Source: Macrostomum hystrix
Taxonomy: Eukaryota > Animalia > Platyhelminthes
Assembly: GCA_950097015.1 (NCBI GenBank)
Contig: CATNEN010000034.1
Location: forward strand, 806,001 to 870,000
DNA length: 64,000 bases
Direction: 5' to 3'
The notes below the pieces were generated by a model. It ran no database searches, was not told the DNA's origin, and saw nothing but the letters and a program-made list of their open reading frames with translations. Made by a program: the position numbers and the translations under genes. Within the stretch, counting starts at the first letter, position 1, and every line of letters begins with the position of its first letter. Of this stretch, positions 13,525 to 25,268 are shown one piece after another.

Positions 13525-13905
13525 AGAGTGGGGAGAATGAGAAAATTTGAGTGGGACGAGAATGGGGGAGGGGGAGAATGGGAGAATTGGGGAGGGGGAA
13601 GAATGGGAAAGGGGAGAGAATGGGAGTGGGGAGAGAATGGGGAGGGGGAGAATGGGGAATTGGGAAGAATGGGAAGAATAAGAGAGATGGGAGAATGGGG
13701 AAGGGGAAGAATGGGAAGAATGAGAGAGAGGGAAGAATGGGGGGAGGGGGAGAATGGGGGAGGGGGAGAATGGGGGAGGGGGAGAATGGGGGAGGGGAGA
13801 GAATGGGGTAGGGAGAAAATGGTGGAGGGGAGAGAATGGGGGAGGGGGGAGAATGTGAAGAGGGAAGAACGGGAGAATGGAAGAAAGCGAGAGGGGGAGA
13901 ACGAG
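13525..13905. repeat. Purine-rich degenerate repeat (GGGGAGGGGGAGAATG-like)
   Basis: Almost purely G/A with repeated GGGAGAATG. Confidence 0.85.
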
Positions 13906-14508
13906 AGTATCGGAAGAATTAGGAAATGGAAGAATAGGACAAGGTTCCAAAAAAACAGTTGCTTTTTAGTGCAAAGATTGTGTTGCAATCCAATGTCAAT
14001 TTTCGTGAATCTATTCCCGATGATCCGCAGTGACGTTAATCCGTTCATTATTTTGTTCTATTGATCCAATTCGAGAATAATACTAAACAATTGGAACCAC
14101 TTGTTGCTCAGAAGTTCCCATGTGGGATGCGATCCCACATCTTGCGCCAGTTTATAGAAGATTTACCTACCTAATTTTCCTGTGGGATTAGGCAACAGCT
14201 TGTCGCCTAAATCTCGGCCCCGTCACAAATCCCAATCATCTTAATCCCACCCTTGGCTGTCACCTGTTCCCATAAACAGGCAACAGCTGTTGGCTACGGT
14301 CAGCAGAAAATCTGATCATATAAAAACATGGCGATTCAGAGATGAGTCTCAATTGAGCACGTCCGAGTGTTTTTGACTATTATTGTTTGACTATTTAGGA
14401 ATTTTCGATCAACTGTTGATTGCGAGCAGTCTGCTCAAGGTAAAACTTTATAGCTGAATACTTCGATTCCTAAAAATTATACGCAATCACCATAACACCG
14501 TCCGCATC

Positions 14509-14521
14509 GTTGCCTAGCAAC
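14509..14521. promoter_or_regulatory. RFX X-box (GTTGCCTAGCAAC) 30 bp upstream of the lectin ATG
   Basis: Exact match to GTNRCC-N-RGYAAC. Confidence 0.55.
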
Positions 14522-14550
14522 CAAAGCCCAGCTGTCCACAGAGAAGAACT

Positions 14551-15581
14551 ATGCCGTATCAGCTGCAGCCGTCACTGCTGCGGCTGCTGCTGCCGTTGCT
14601 GCTTTTGGCATTGACTGATAGCCAGGCCGGCGCCATTGTGACCTCGGCCCCAGGTCAGATGAGTCTTTGCAGCGGCTCCAGTCGCTACCAGTGCGTACAG
14701 TCCTGCTACGATAGCGGCCAGAGGCTGGTCACAATCAAGGACCTGGACACTAACAATCGGGTCAAGGCGTTCCTGCTGGGAAAGAGGGTCGACAAGGCCT
14801 ACGTTGGCATGGACGACCAGGCGCGAGAGGGTGAGAGATTGAGGATCGGGAACAGCGATGGATGAGGATCGGGAACAGCGGTGGATGAGGATCGGGAACA
14901 GCGGTGGATGAGGATCGGGAACAGCGGTGGATGAGGATTGGAATTAGGGGTAGATGAGGATTGGGAATTAAGGGTAGATGAGGATCGGGAATTTGGGGTA
15001 GATGAGGATTGGGAACCGGGAAGGCAGATGAGGATTGGGAAAAGGGAGGGCAGATGAGGATTGGGAACAGGGAGGGCAGATGAGGATTGGGAACAGGGAG
15101 GGCAGATGAGGATTGGGAACAGGGAGGGCAGATGAGGATTGGGAACAGGGAGGGCAGATGAGGATTGAGAACAGGGAGGGCAGATGAGGATTGGGAACAG
15201 GGAGGGCAGATGAGGATTGGGAACAGGGAGGGCAGATGAGGATTGGGAACAGGGAGGGCAGATGAGGATTGGGAACAGGGAGGGCAGATGAGGATTGGGA
15301 ACAGGGAGGGCAGATGAGGGTTGGGAACAGGGAGGGCAGATGAGGGCCAGCGGTAGAGCATGCACAGAAGCTGGTAGGCCCTAAATTCTGCTCCGCGGCA
15401 CCCGCAGGCTACTTCCAGCGCACGGACGGCAGTGTCTACGTGAAGGACGATTTCAATAGGTGGGCCAGCGCCACAGGCGGTCCCGAGCAGCTAAACGAAG
15501 GTGACGACTGCGTGACCGTCGACAGCGATGGTAACTGGCGCGTTGAGTCCTGCAGCCTGCAGCTGCCATCGGTCTGTGAAG
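14551..15581 (+). CDS. Secreted C-type lectin domain protein; join(14551..14830,15408..15581), terminal exon or stop unresolved
   Basis: Signal peptide, then C..SC...GQRLVTI...AYVGMDD, phase-1 intron, then FNRWASATGGPEQLNEGDDCVTVDSDGNWRVESCSLQLPSVCE, which is the CTLD Cys/Trp pattern. A GTGAGC donor follows at 15582; otherwise the frame reads through to a stop at 15634. Confidence 0.85.
14840..15345. repeat. 26-nt minisatellite (GATGAGGATTGGGAACAGGGAGGGCA)
   Basis: Fills the lectin intron starting about 10 nt after the donor. Confidence 0.95.
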
Positions 15582-17480
15582 GTGAGCACATGTTCGCTTT
15601 TCCTTCCCTGAGATATAATAAAATGAATATATAGAGAGAACCCAGCGATTTGCGAACGTGAGCACGCGAGGCAGCTCTGGTGAGTCAACTTCTTGCATTT
15701 TTTGCTTCTTTTAATTGTTTTCCGAACGAATCCACGCCAGCAAAGTAGAAATTTCAGGATTTTTAAGGCGCCTATCTGAACTACAAGTTTTGACAAGTAC
15801 TATAATTTCGGTCTGACTGTTGACACCAAGCGGCCTACTAAAGCCAGTAGTCTGTAACGATTAATAATGCTGCAGTACTGTTGAATTTTTCTAGCAAGAG
15901 AAAAACTGATTTCTTCTTGTAACGTAACCATTTTATTGTACTGATAAGTAGTTTATCTCGTAGTTAATGTGCATTTCTTTAGCTTTTTCCAACAAAGCTG
16001 TGAAAATGAGTATTCATTGATTAAATAAAACACGATATCAACACAAGACTATTTGTTTTGAATTCAAAATCATTTACTGAGAGGTAATTATACCATATAT
16101 CGAAAACGCAATGACACATTTTAATGGGCTCGACACAGTTCTAACCGATTTGGTAGATATTGGGAATAGACAGTCAGGGAAATCCAGGTTCAGGAAGCCG
16201 ATTAATCTGCAAGGGGAGGAAGAGCAGAAGGGGAGATGACAAGAAGGGGAGATGACAAGAAGGGGAGGAGAAGAAGCGGAGAGGAGAAGATGGGGAAATG
16301 AGAAGATGGGGAGATGCGAAGAAGGGGCAATGAGAAGAAGGGGAGAGGAGAAGGGGAGAGAAAATAGCAGTGGTTTTCCGATACGTTAGAAAAAGTGCGT
16401 AAAAAGCTTTTCTCAACACATGGCCCACCGTGCTTTAAAATTATAAAGCACGTAAAGTGCTTTAAAATTTACAGCTTCCATCCATCGACACTTGATTGTT
16501 TATTTGCCGGTTCGAGTTGTATGGGCTGCACTTGGCTGATGGAGATCTTTTGAGGGGAGGTTGGGTTATGGGGTGGCTGAAGGCTGAAGCGCGCAATAAA
16601 ACTATTCCAGTTTGGACTGGTTTTAGCAAACCTAACTCCCTCTCAACTGCCCTCCCTTCCTTTCACTCCTCACTCCCTTGACAAAATGTACATGCGCGTG
16701 CTAAACAACAGTTGGTGATGCCAATGAGGATTAAGAATATTTATTGAATTAGAAAATGTACGTCAGGACATTGTGTGAAAGCAAGTCTCTTAAGAAAATG
16801 CTAAAATAGCTGGTTATTTTACGTTGAAATATTTTGCCGGTTTGATCTGGATCGGAAAATGGAATCTCCCAATAGCCGTTTTTATCTTCCATCATCAACC
16901 AACAGTCAACACCATCCCATCCCATTCTCCCCCACTTATCGAGCTCTTGCATTATAAAGTAGCCAATGACGTTTTCTGTCTTAGAAACCCGATTTCTCCC
17001 CTTTTGGGGTGGATGCTCCGCTTGTCTCTAAAGCGCACAAATTGCTTAACCCTCACTGCTGACTCCCTCCCACTATTTCAAGGCATTTGAACTGGCATTG
17101 GGGTACATAGACTGGGCAGGAAGGCCTGGACAACCACCTCCTTCCGTTCTACGTACAAGAGAATCTACATATGTACACTGGAGGAGTGGGTTGTTCAACC
17201 TCGCTTTCGGCCTCTGCCCCTGCGCCCTTCAAAACAAGGTCCTCGCGATTTTATGTACGCTTTCTGTGTTGAGTGAGCCCCACCACCCCATTTCCGTCCT
17301 CCCAGTCTGCTGAACATTCAGCCACGGCAGTTTTTGTTCAGAAAATGCATAAAGAACGAAAATTGGATGGAGTTTATTACAGTCCGGAGCGAGTCGTGCT
17401 CGAATAGTTTTTTATCATTTGAACTTTAAATACTTAAACTTGAGTAGTTGAGAACCTGGTTATTTTCAATTTCAACTAAG

Positions 17481-20400
17481 ATGGCGATCAGCTATGCATC
17501 AAAGATCTACACCAAGGATCGCCTGTTCTTCCTTAAACTGCTGTTTCGTTGGACTGGCAGCGTCTGGGAAATGCTCTGGGTCGACTATATATTCTTTGTC
17601 CTGTCTTACGTCATCCTGGCGGTGATTTATCACCAAGTCCTGGCGAATCACGAGCACCGGATGATCACATTCGAGGCTGTGGTGCGCTGGCTTAGCAAGA
17701 TTCGCACCTCCGTGCCGTTATCTTTTATGCTCGGCTTCTTTGTGTCAACCGTGTTTAGTCGGTGAGTTGTGCTACGCTTAATTGTCTGGCTAATTGATCA
17801 GCTGACTTTAATCTAGGTTTTTTCGAGTTTAGATAAATAAATTGCAATTACGCTTTAGTTACATTGTTTTTAACTGTGTTTCGCACTCACTACACTCTGA
17901 GTTCTTAGTTCTGAGTTCTGACTTCTGTATTATAAAAAAATTTAACGTTTTTTTAATATATGGAATCTAAAAATACTTTTAGCTAGGGGTCTCAATCTTA
18001 ACAAAATTAGGCTGCCTTTTAAACTGAATGTTAATGTTACTTAACTGCCTTTCTGGCACCTCAGCTGCTTCTTTGCCACTTTTAAGGCCCCCGTTGCCTC
18101 TCTGGCACTTTCATGGCGTTTCTGGCACTTTCATGGCGCTTCTGACACTTTCATGGCGTTTCTGACACTTTCATGGCGTTTCTGGCACTTTCATGGCGCT
18201 TCTGACACTTTCATGGCGTTTCTGACACTTTCATGGCGTTTCTGACACTTTCATGGCGCTTCTGACACTTTCATGGCGCTTCTGACACTTTCATGGCGTT
18301 TCTGACACTTTCATGGCGTTTCTGACACTTTCAAGGCGTTTCTGACACTTTCATGGCGCTTCTGACACTTTCATGGCGCTTCTGACACTTTCATGGCGTT
18401 TCTGACACTTTCATGGCGCTTCTGACACTTTCATGGCGCTTCTGACACTTTCATGGCGTTTCTGACACTTTCATGGCGCTTCTGACACTTTCATGGCGTT
18501 TCTGACACTTTCATGGCGTTTCTGACACTTTCATGGCGTTTCTGACACTTTCATGGCGTTTCTGACACTTTCATGGCGTTTCTGACACTTTCATGGCGCT
18601 TCTGACACTTTCATGGCGTTTCTGACACTTTCATGGCGCTTCTGACACTTTCATGGCGTTTCTGACACTTTCATGACGTTTCTGACACTTTCATGGCGTT
18701 TCTGACACCTTATAGGGTCTCTGGCAACTACACTACTGTTGGGCACCTCCACCTGCCTTTCTGGCACCTCTATTGGCCTTTATCACACTTCCACTGCCTT
18801 TTTGGCACCTCACTGCCTTTCTGGCACCTCCACTGCCTTTCTGGCACCTCCACTGCCTTTCTGGCACCTCCACTGCCTTTCTGGCACATCCACTGCCTTT
18901 TTGGCACCTCCACTGCCTTTTTGGCACCTCCACTGCCTTTCTGGCACCTCCACTGCCTTTCTGGCACATCCACTGCCTTTCTGGCACCTCCACTGCCTTT
19001 CTGGCACATCCACTGCCTTTCTGGCACCTCCACTGCCTTTCTGGCACATCCACTGCCTTTCTGGCACCTCCACTGCCTTTCTGGCACATCCACTGCCTTT
19101 CTGGCACCTCCACTGCCTTTCTGGCACCTCCACTGCCTTTCTGGCACATCCACTGCCTTTCTGGCACCTCCACTGCCTTTCTGGCACCTCCACTGCCTTT
19201 CTGGCACCTCCACTGCCTTTCTGGCAACTCCACTGCCTTTTTGGCACCTCCACTGCCTTTTTGGCACCTCCACTGCCTTTCTGGCACCTCCACTGCCTTT
19301 CTGGCACATCCACTGCCTTTCTGGCACCTCCACTGCCTTTCTGGCACCTCCACTGCCTTTCTGGCACCTCCACTGCCTTTCTGGCAACTCCACTGCCTTT
19401 TTGGCACCTCCACTGCCTTTTTGGCACCTCCACTGCCTTTCTGGCACATCCACTGCCTTTCTGGCACCTCCACTGCCTTTCTGGCACCTCACTGCCTTTC
19501 TGGCACCTCCACTGCCTTTCTGGCACCTCCACTGCCTTTCTGGCACCTCCACTGCCTTTCTGGCACCTCCACTGCCTTTCTGGCACCTCCACTGCCTTTC
19601 TGGCACCTCCACTGCCTTTCTGGCAACTCCACTGCCTTTCTGGCAACTCCACTGCCTTTCTGGCAACTCCACTGCCTTTTTGGCACCTCACTGCCTTTTT
19701 GGCACCTCCACTGCCTTTCTGGCACCTCCACTGCCTTTCTGGCACCTCCACTGCCTTTCTGGCACCTCCACTGCCTTTCTGGCACCTCCACTGCCTTTCT
19801 GGCACCTCCACTGCCTTTCTGGCACCTCCACTGCCTTTCTGGCACCTCCACTGCCTTTCTGGCTCCTCACTGCTTTTTTGGCACCTCACTGCCTTTCTGG
19901 CACCTCCACTGCCTTTGTGGCACTTTCATGGCGTTTCTGGCACTTACACTCCCTATTGGGCACCCTCCATCTGCCTTTTTGGCCCTTCAAAGGCCTCTCA
20001 TCAGTGCCTACAAATAACATTACAACGGCCGCATCTATCTTTCCCTCGCAGCTGGTGGAGCATGTGTATGTCCATTCCGTGGCTGAGCAGCATGTCATTC
20101 TACACCCAGGCCCTGGTTGAGAGCACCCACCCTGTTAAAAGCGACATCGCTAGAAAAATTCGCATCACAATTCTACGCTACTTCAACCTGTCCTGGATAC
20201 TAATGATGGCGACAATATCGCTGCAAGTCAAGGATAGATTCGGCTTCAACAAGCCGAAAAAACCTAAGAAGGCTGTGGCAGCCGACGCCACCGCAGCCGG
20301 GGATGACGAATCAACAGACACCGGCAAGAATGAAAAGAAGGCCGCATTTGAGCTGACTTGGCGAGAGAGGCTGCAACTAATCAATTCGGATGAGAAGGTA

Positions 20401-23400
20401 CAGAAGCACTTTGGCAGGCTCGTCACTGACGAGGAGGTCGCGACATTCGCCAGATCGGCCGAGCTGTCCCAGAGCACCGATCTCACTTACAGTCCTGAGT
20501 ACTGGCTGCCACTCACCTGGGCTACTCGACTCATGAGGCGCGCCAGGACTTTAGGTAACTGGCGGTACACAATGGGAACGTAAAGAGGAGAGTGGGAATA
20601 GTGAGGGGAATAATAATAGTACGAGTAATACTAGTATTATTATTACTGTTTTACAGTCCATGGACTGGGGGGACGCCACACTCAATTACGAGAACCAAAG
20701 CTAATGCTGGTACCCATTTAATAGCTGGCTGAACTGAAGCAATCCAGAGTTAAGTATCTTGCTAAAGGACACAAATTGCTCTAGTGATGTCGGGTATCGA
20801 ACCCTTGACCTTAAAGTCATAGGTCAGGCGCAGAAAACACAAGGCTACAATAGTAGGGGATATATGAGAGGGGATTGGGAAGAGCGTGGAGTGGGGATAA
20901 GAGTGGGGAAGAGTGGGGATAAGAGAGAGGAAGAGTGGGGATAAGAGAGGGGAAGAGTGGGGATAAGAGAGGGGAAGAGTGGGGATAAGAGAGGGGAAGA
21001 GTGGGGATAAGAGAGGGGAAGAGTGGGGATAAGAGAGGGGAAGAGTGGGGATAAGAGAGGGGAAGAGTGGGGAAAAGAGAGGGGAAGAGTGGGGATAAGA
21101 GAGGGGAAGAGTGGGGAAAAGAGAGGGGAAGAGTGGGGATAAGAGAGGGGAAGAGTGGGGATAAGAGAGGGGAAGAGTGGGGATAAGAGAGGGGAAGAGT
21201 GGGGAAAAGAGAGGGGAAGAGTGGGGATAAGAGAGGGGAAGAGTGGGGATAAGAGAGCGGAAGAGTGGGGATAAGAGAGGGGAAGAGTGGGGATAAGAGA
21301 GGGGAAGAGTGGGGATAAGAGAGGGGAAGAGTGGGGATAAGAGAGGGGAAGAGTGGGGAAAAGAGAGGGGAAGAGTGGGGATAAGAGAGGGGAAGAGTGG
21401 GGATAAGAGAGGGGAAGAGTGGGGGATAAGAGAGAGGAAGAGTGGGGATAAGAGAGGGGAAGATTGGGGATAAGAGAGGGGAAGATTGGGATAAGAGAGC
21501 GGAAGAGTGGGGAAAAGAGAGGGGAAGAGTGGGGATAAGAGAGAGGAAGAGTGGGGATAAGAGAGGGGAAGAGTGGGGATAAGAGAGGGGAAGAGTGGGG
21601 ATAAGAGAGGGGAAGAGTGGGGATAAGAGAGGGGAAGAGTGGGGAAAAGAGAGGGGAAGAGTGGGGATAAGAGAGGGGAAGAGTGGGGATAAGAGAGAGG
21701 AAGAGTGGGGATAAGAGAGGGGAAGAGTGGGGATAAGAGAGGGGAAGAGTGGGGATAAGAGAGGGGAAGAGTGGGGATAAGAGAGGGGAAGAGTGGGGAT
21801 AAGAGAGGGGAAGAGTGGGGAAAAGAGAGGGGAAGAGTGGGGATAAGAGAGGGGAAGAGTGGGGAAAAGAGAGGGGAAGAGTGGGGATAAGAGAGGGGAA
21901 AAGAGAGGGGAAGAGTGGGGATAAGAGAGGGGAAGAGTGGGGAAAAGAGAGGGGAAGAGTGGGGATAAGAGAGGGGAAGAGTGGGGATAAGAGAGGGGAA
22001 GAGTGGGGAAAAGAGAGGGGAAGAGTGGGGATAAGAGAGCGGAAGAGTGGGATAAGAGAGCGGAAGAGTGGGATAAGAGAGCGGAAGAGTGGGAACCGAG
22101 ATGTTAATGCATATAGACTACTCAGTAGATGCGGCAAGTTTTCTAAGTGCTCAACCTATTCTCACACCCTTCCAGGCCTCATAGCCGAAGAGCGAGAACT
22201 GCTATTTCTGGTTGAGATGACCAACAAATTCAGAGGCGACCTCGGCACGGTGTGGTCCTACAGCGAGTTCAACGTGCCGCTGGTGTACACCCAGGTGGCT
22301 GTGGCTGCAGTATACCTGTTCCTGTTCTCAACTCTGCTATCAACTCAGATGACCCGTGCGGAGATGGTGCCCCAGATGACCATGACCCCAGCGGCGGCCG
22401 TTTCTATGACCAATCAAACCCGCCGCCCACTCAGTAATCTGATGGAGACAGTGCTTGGAGTGGAACTGCTGTCCTACTTCCCTGTGCTAGGCTCCTTGGA
22501 GTTCATTTTTTACCTGGGTGAGAACTAGGAAAATAAGGACTTGATTTTTTTAATTCCTAATGGGTATTTTCACAAAATAGGATTACAAAAATGAGGCTAA
22601 TAACCAGGGGAACTTAAATTACCGCCTAAGATTGAAATTTTTATGTGAGTTTTAGATACGCTCGCATTAAATGAAGAGTTAGGATTAGAATCTGGGATTG
22701 AGATTTGAGATTGGGGTTTTGAAATTAGTATCTAAGATCGGATCTGTGATTCGGCCATGAAATTGGGTATTTAGGATTGGGATTTCGAGTTTAGAAGATA
22801 CTATTCTGAGATTCGAATCTTAGATAGGGATTTTCAGATTGGGATTTGCGATTGGAGTTTTGAGATTGTGATCTCAAATGTGAGGTTGCGATTAGGATTT
22901 TAAATTGTAAAATAAGATTGGGATCCGCAATTGGTATCTGAAATGTAAAATTTCGTTATACAATTTCGATTCGTGATTTGGCATCCAAATCCACTCTCGG
23001 CCTTCTCAGGCTGGTTCAAGATCGGCATCATGCTGCTCAACCCCCTGGGCAAGGACCGGGCAGACCTGCCCCTCTCCGACATTCTCAACTCAAACCTGAA
23101 GTCCTCAGTGAAGCTAGGCGGTGCGGAGGACAGCCTCTTCCCGCCCGGCCTCACGGACAATGGCGAGCCAGCCGAGCAGCAGGTGGCCCTTCTCCTGCGC
23201 TCTTTTGACTTCAGCCAGGTGCACGCGCACGATAATTTCACGCCGGCGGAGGAGGTCGAAGCCCACCTGCACAAGCACCTGCTGCGCCGCCTGCAGGGCA
23301 CAGGTAAGGAGATTGTGAACACTCTCGACTTTCTGCAGTTGCGCAACGCCGGACGAAAGAAGGCGGGCGCCAAGGCAGCTGCGGCCGCCATCGCGACAAA

Positions 23401-23671
23401 GTCGGCCCCGAAGAAGTCGGCCTCCGGCAGCGACCTGCTGGACAAAAGCGGCCCGGCGGGCTCCGGTGCTACAGGCGCCGGTGCTACAGCCGCGGCTCTG
23501 GTCGCTTCGCCGTCAATCGAATCGCTGACGTCTCTGGAGGTCGAGGCGATGCGGGCCAGTGTGCTGGCAACAATGCGGCCGCGCCACGAGAGCATGCCGC
23601 TGATCGGTCTTAAGGATGGCGGCGGTGGCGACAGCGAGTTGGGCGGCCTGGGAGCAGAGGAGCGGGTTTAG
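17481..23671 (+). CDS. BEST: Bestrophin-family anion channel (divergent), 595 aa; join(17481..17761,20052..20554,22176..22517,23010..23671)
   Basis: Motifs MAISYAS, LLFRWTGSVW, VPLSFMLGFFVSTVFSRWW, RYFNL, VKDRF, YWLP, PLVYTQV and FYLGWFK...LNPLG. Phases 2/1/1 are consistent and the total is 1788 nt. Confidence 0.93.
18043..19915. repeat. Two adjacent related 20-nt arrays: (TCTGACACTTTCATGGCGTT)n at about 18100-18710 and (CTGGCACCTCCACTGCCTTT)n at about 18745-19915
   Basis: Bestrophin intron 1; both have a 20-nt period. Confidence 0.95.
20654..20850 (-). mobile_element. tRNA-derived CORE-like SINE, copy 1 (bestrophin intron 2)
   Basis: Aligns end to end with 35375..35570. Shares the CAGTCCATGGACTG palindrome, GGTACCCA and GAGTTAAGT..CTTGCTAAAGGA core. 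Has a degenerate B box and an (AAT)n-like tail at about 20625-20650. Confidence 0.75.
20890..22092. repeat. 22-nt purine-rich minisatellite (GTGGGGATAAGAGAGGGGAAGA)
   Basis: About 54 units, bestrophin intron 2. Confidence 0.95.
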
Positions 23672-25268
23672 AGGCTGTGGGGATTTCTTTGAAACTGTTG
23701 ACTAGGTTAAGCAGTTTCTGTATTTCTTAGAATCTCAGATACAAATACAAAATTACCTAAAAAAACTGTTTCTTATAAACAGTTTAAGAGCAAACTTCTT
23801 TTTTAAAGAACATTTCTAAGAAAGCTTAAAAAAAATTTGAGAAGTCATGTGGCAGATTCTTAGAAATATGATTTGTTGGTTTCAACACAATTTTTATTCT
23901 GTTTCTCTCGAGAAACGGTATTTCTCGGGACCGTTTCTCGAGAGGGGGTCATTGCCTATGTAAAACGGTTTGCGAGTTTGATCCTAGCACACTCCGTTTA
24001 TACTGACCGCTGCACACCATTTGAATATTAACAGTGCTACTTGTATGTGTTAATTTGGTTACTAAAAGTAGTATATTCGTTTGCTTACATGAAATTGTTA
24101 AACAATTCTTTTTTTAGGTTTAAACGTGTATCAAACAAATTTTTATATTCGTAGTTATATGCCTTTTATTGTAACTAAGTTTTCTATTCTTTTTATTAAC
24201 TGATTATATTGTCGCAGTAATGTAATGTATAATGGACTGAAGAAAATTGTTAGCTCGTACGTTGTGTAAATTCGCTCTAAGCCAGCATTACTGCCAACAA
24301 ACAAATAGATATTAGTAGTAAAAAAGTTGAATATAATTTATTTTCTGTGCTACCAATATTTGTCTGTCGCTAACTTTTATTACAGCTTCAAGTGCAATCT
24401 GTGTTTCTGCCCTTGTTATAACGATATATGGTCGCCTAATACGATCATCAATGCGCTTTTTAATAACATAACTATTGTCTAAACTTCAAATGCAGGTAAA
24501 AATGCTATAAACTTATATGTCTTATACAGGTTTTTGTCTTCTGAAAGGACTGATTTACTTACAATTCCGTGGCATCTGGTTCGTTTTCAACAATCACGCG
24601 ATGGTGATTTTCAGGCTACTAAAGGTGAATACCCTTAGTGATAATTGATTTAAACAAAACACGAAAATTGAAACTCTATTCGAATAATTTGATAGAAAAA
24701 GCAGTGCACATTTTTTATTACGTTTAATTAGAGTGAGTAAGAGCAAGGACACACACAGTCTGTTTAATTGCACATTAAAAAGCTGCATTATGTTAAAATA
24801 TGTTAAAGAGCCAAGTAGTAGTAGTAGTAATCGTAGTTTGCCGCTAATTTGAATTAGGAAATTTCTAGTAAACACAGACAGTTTTGAAAAAATATAAATG
24901 AAAACTTTTTTGCCTGGAGCGAAACAGTTCACTATGTGATAAAATGTGCAAATTTAGTACTCTAAAGTAGCGACAGCTGCGCAAGGGCCGATAAAAGCAA
25001 TGTAGAATCGTTAAATAGACATGTCTGCACACCTAGGAGCTCAGAGATAATATGCCAAGGACACGCAAAGGTGAATGCAGCAGTATCTTACTGCAAAAAA
25101 TCCATTGAAAAGACAGGAAACTAGCTAGAGCAATAGATTGGTGACTATAAAAGTGAATAGAAGCATTGCAAATAAAGTCACTGTCATTTTAGCTCGTATT
25201 AGAAGAAACGACATCTCGACTAGAAGAAACTCTGCGAACAAGTCTAGTTTCAGGCCATTGCGGGTGTG

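Noticed and set aside
18693-20051. Long overlapping ORFs (TAFLAPPLPFWHLHCLSG repeats) apparently fused to bestrophin
   Set aside because: These are intronic 20-nt arrays; the 17761/20052 junction restores the conserved SRWW motif without them.
23304-23309. Strong donor-like AG|GTAAGG inside the last bestrophin exon
   Set aside because: The frame continues with GC3-rich codons to 23671 and I found no matching downstream exon; it is left unresolved rather than called.
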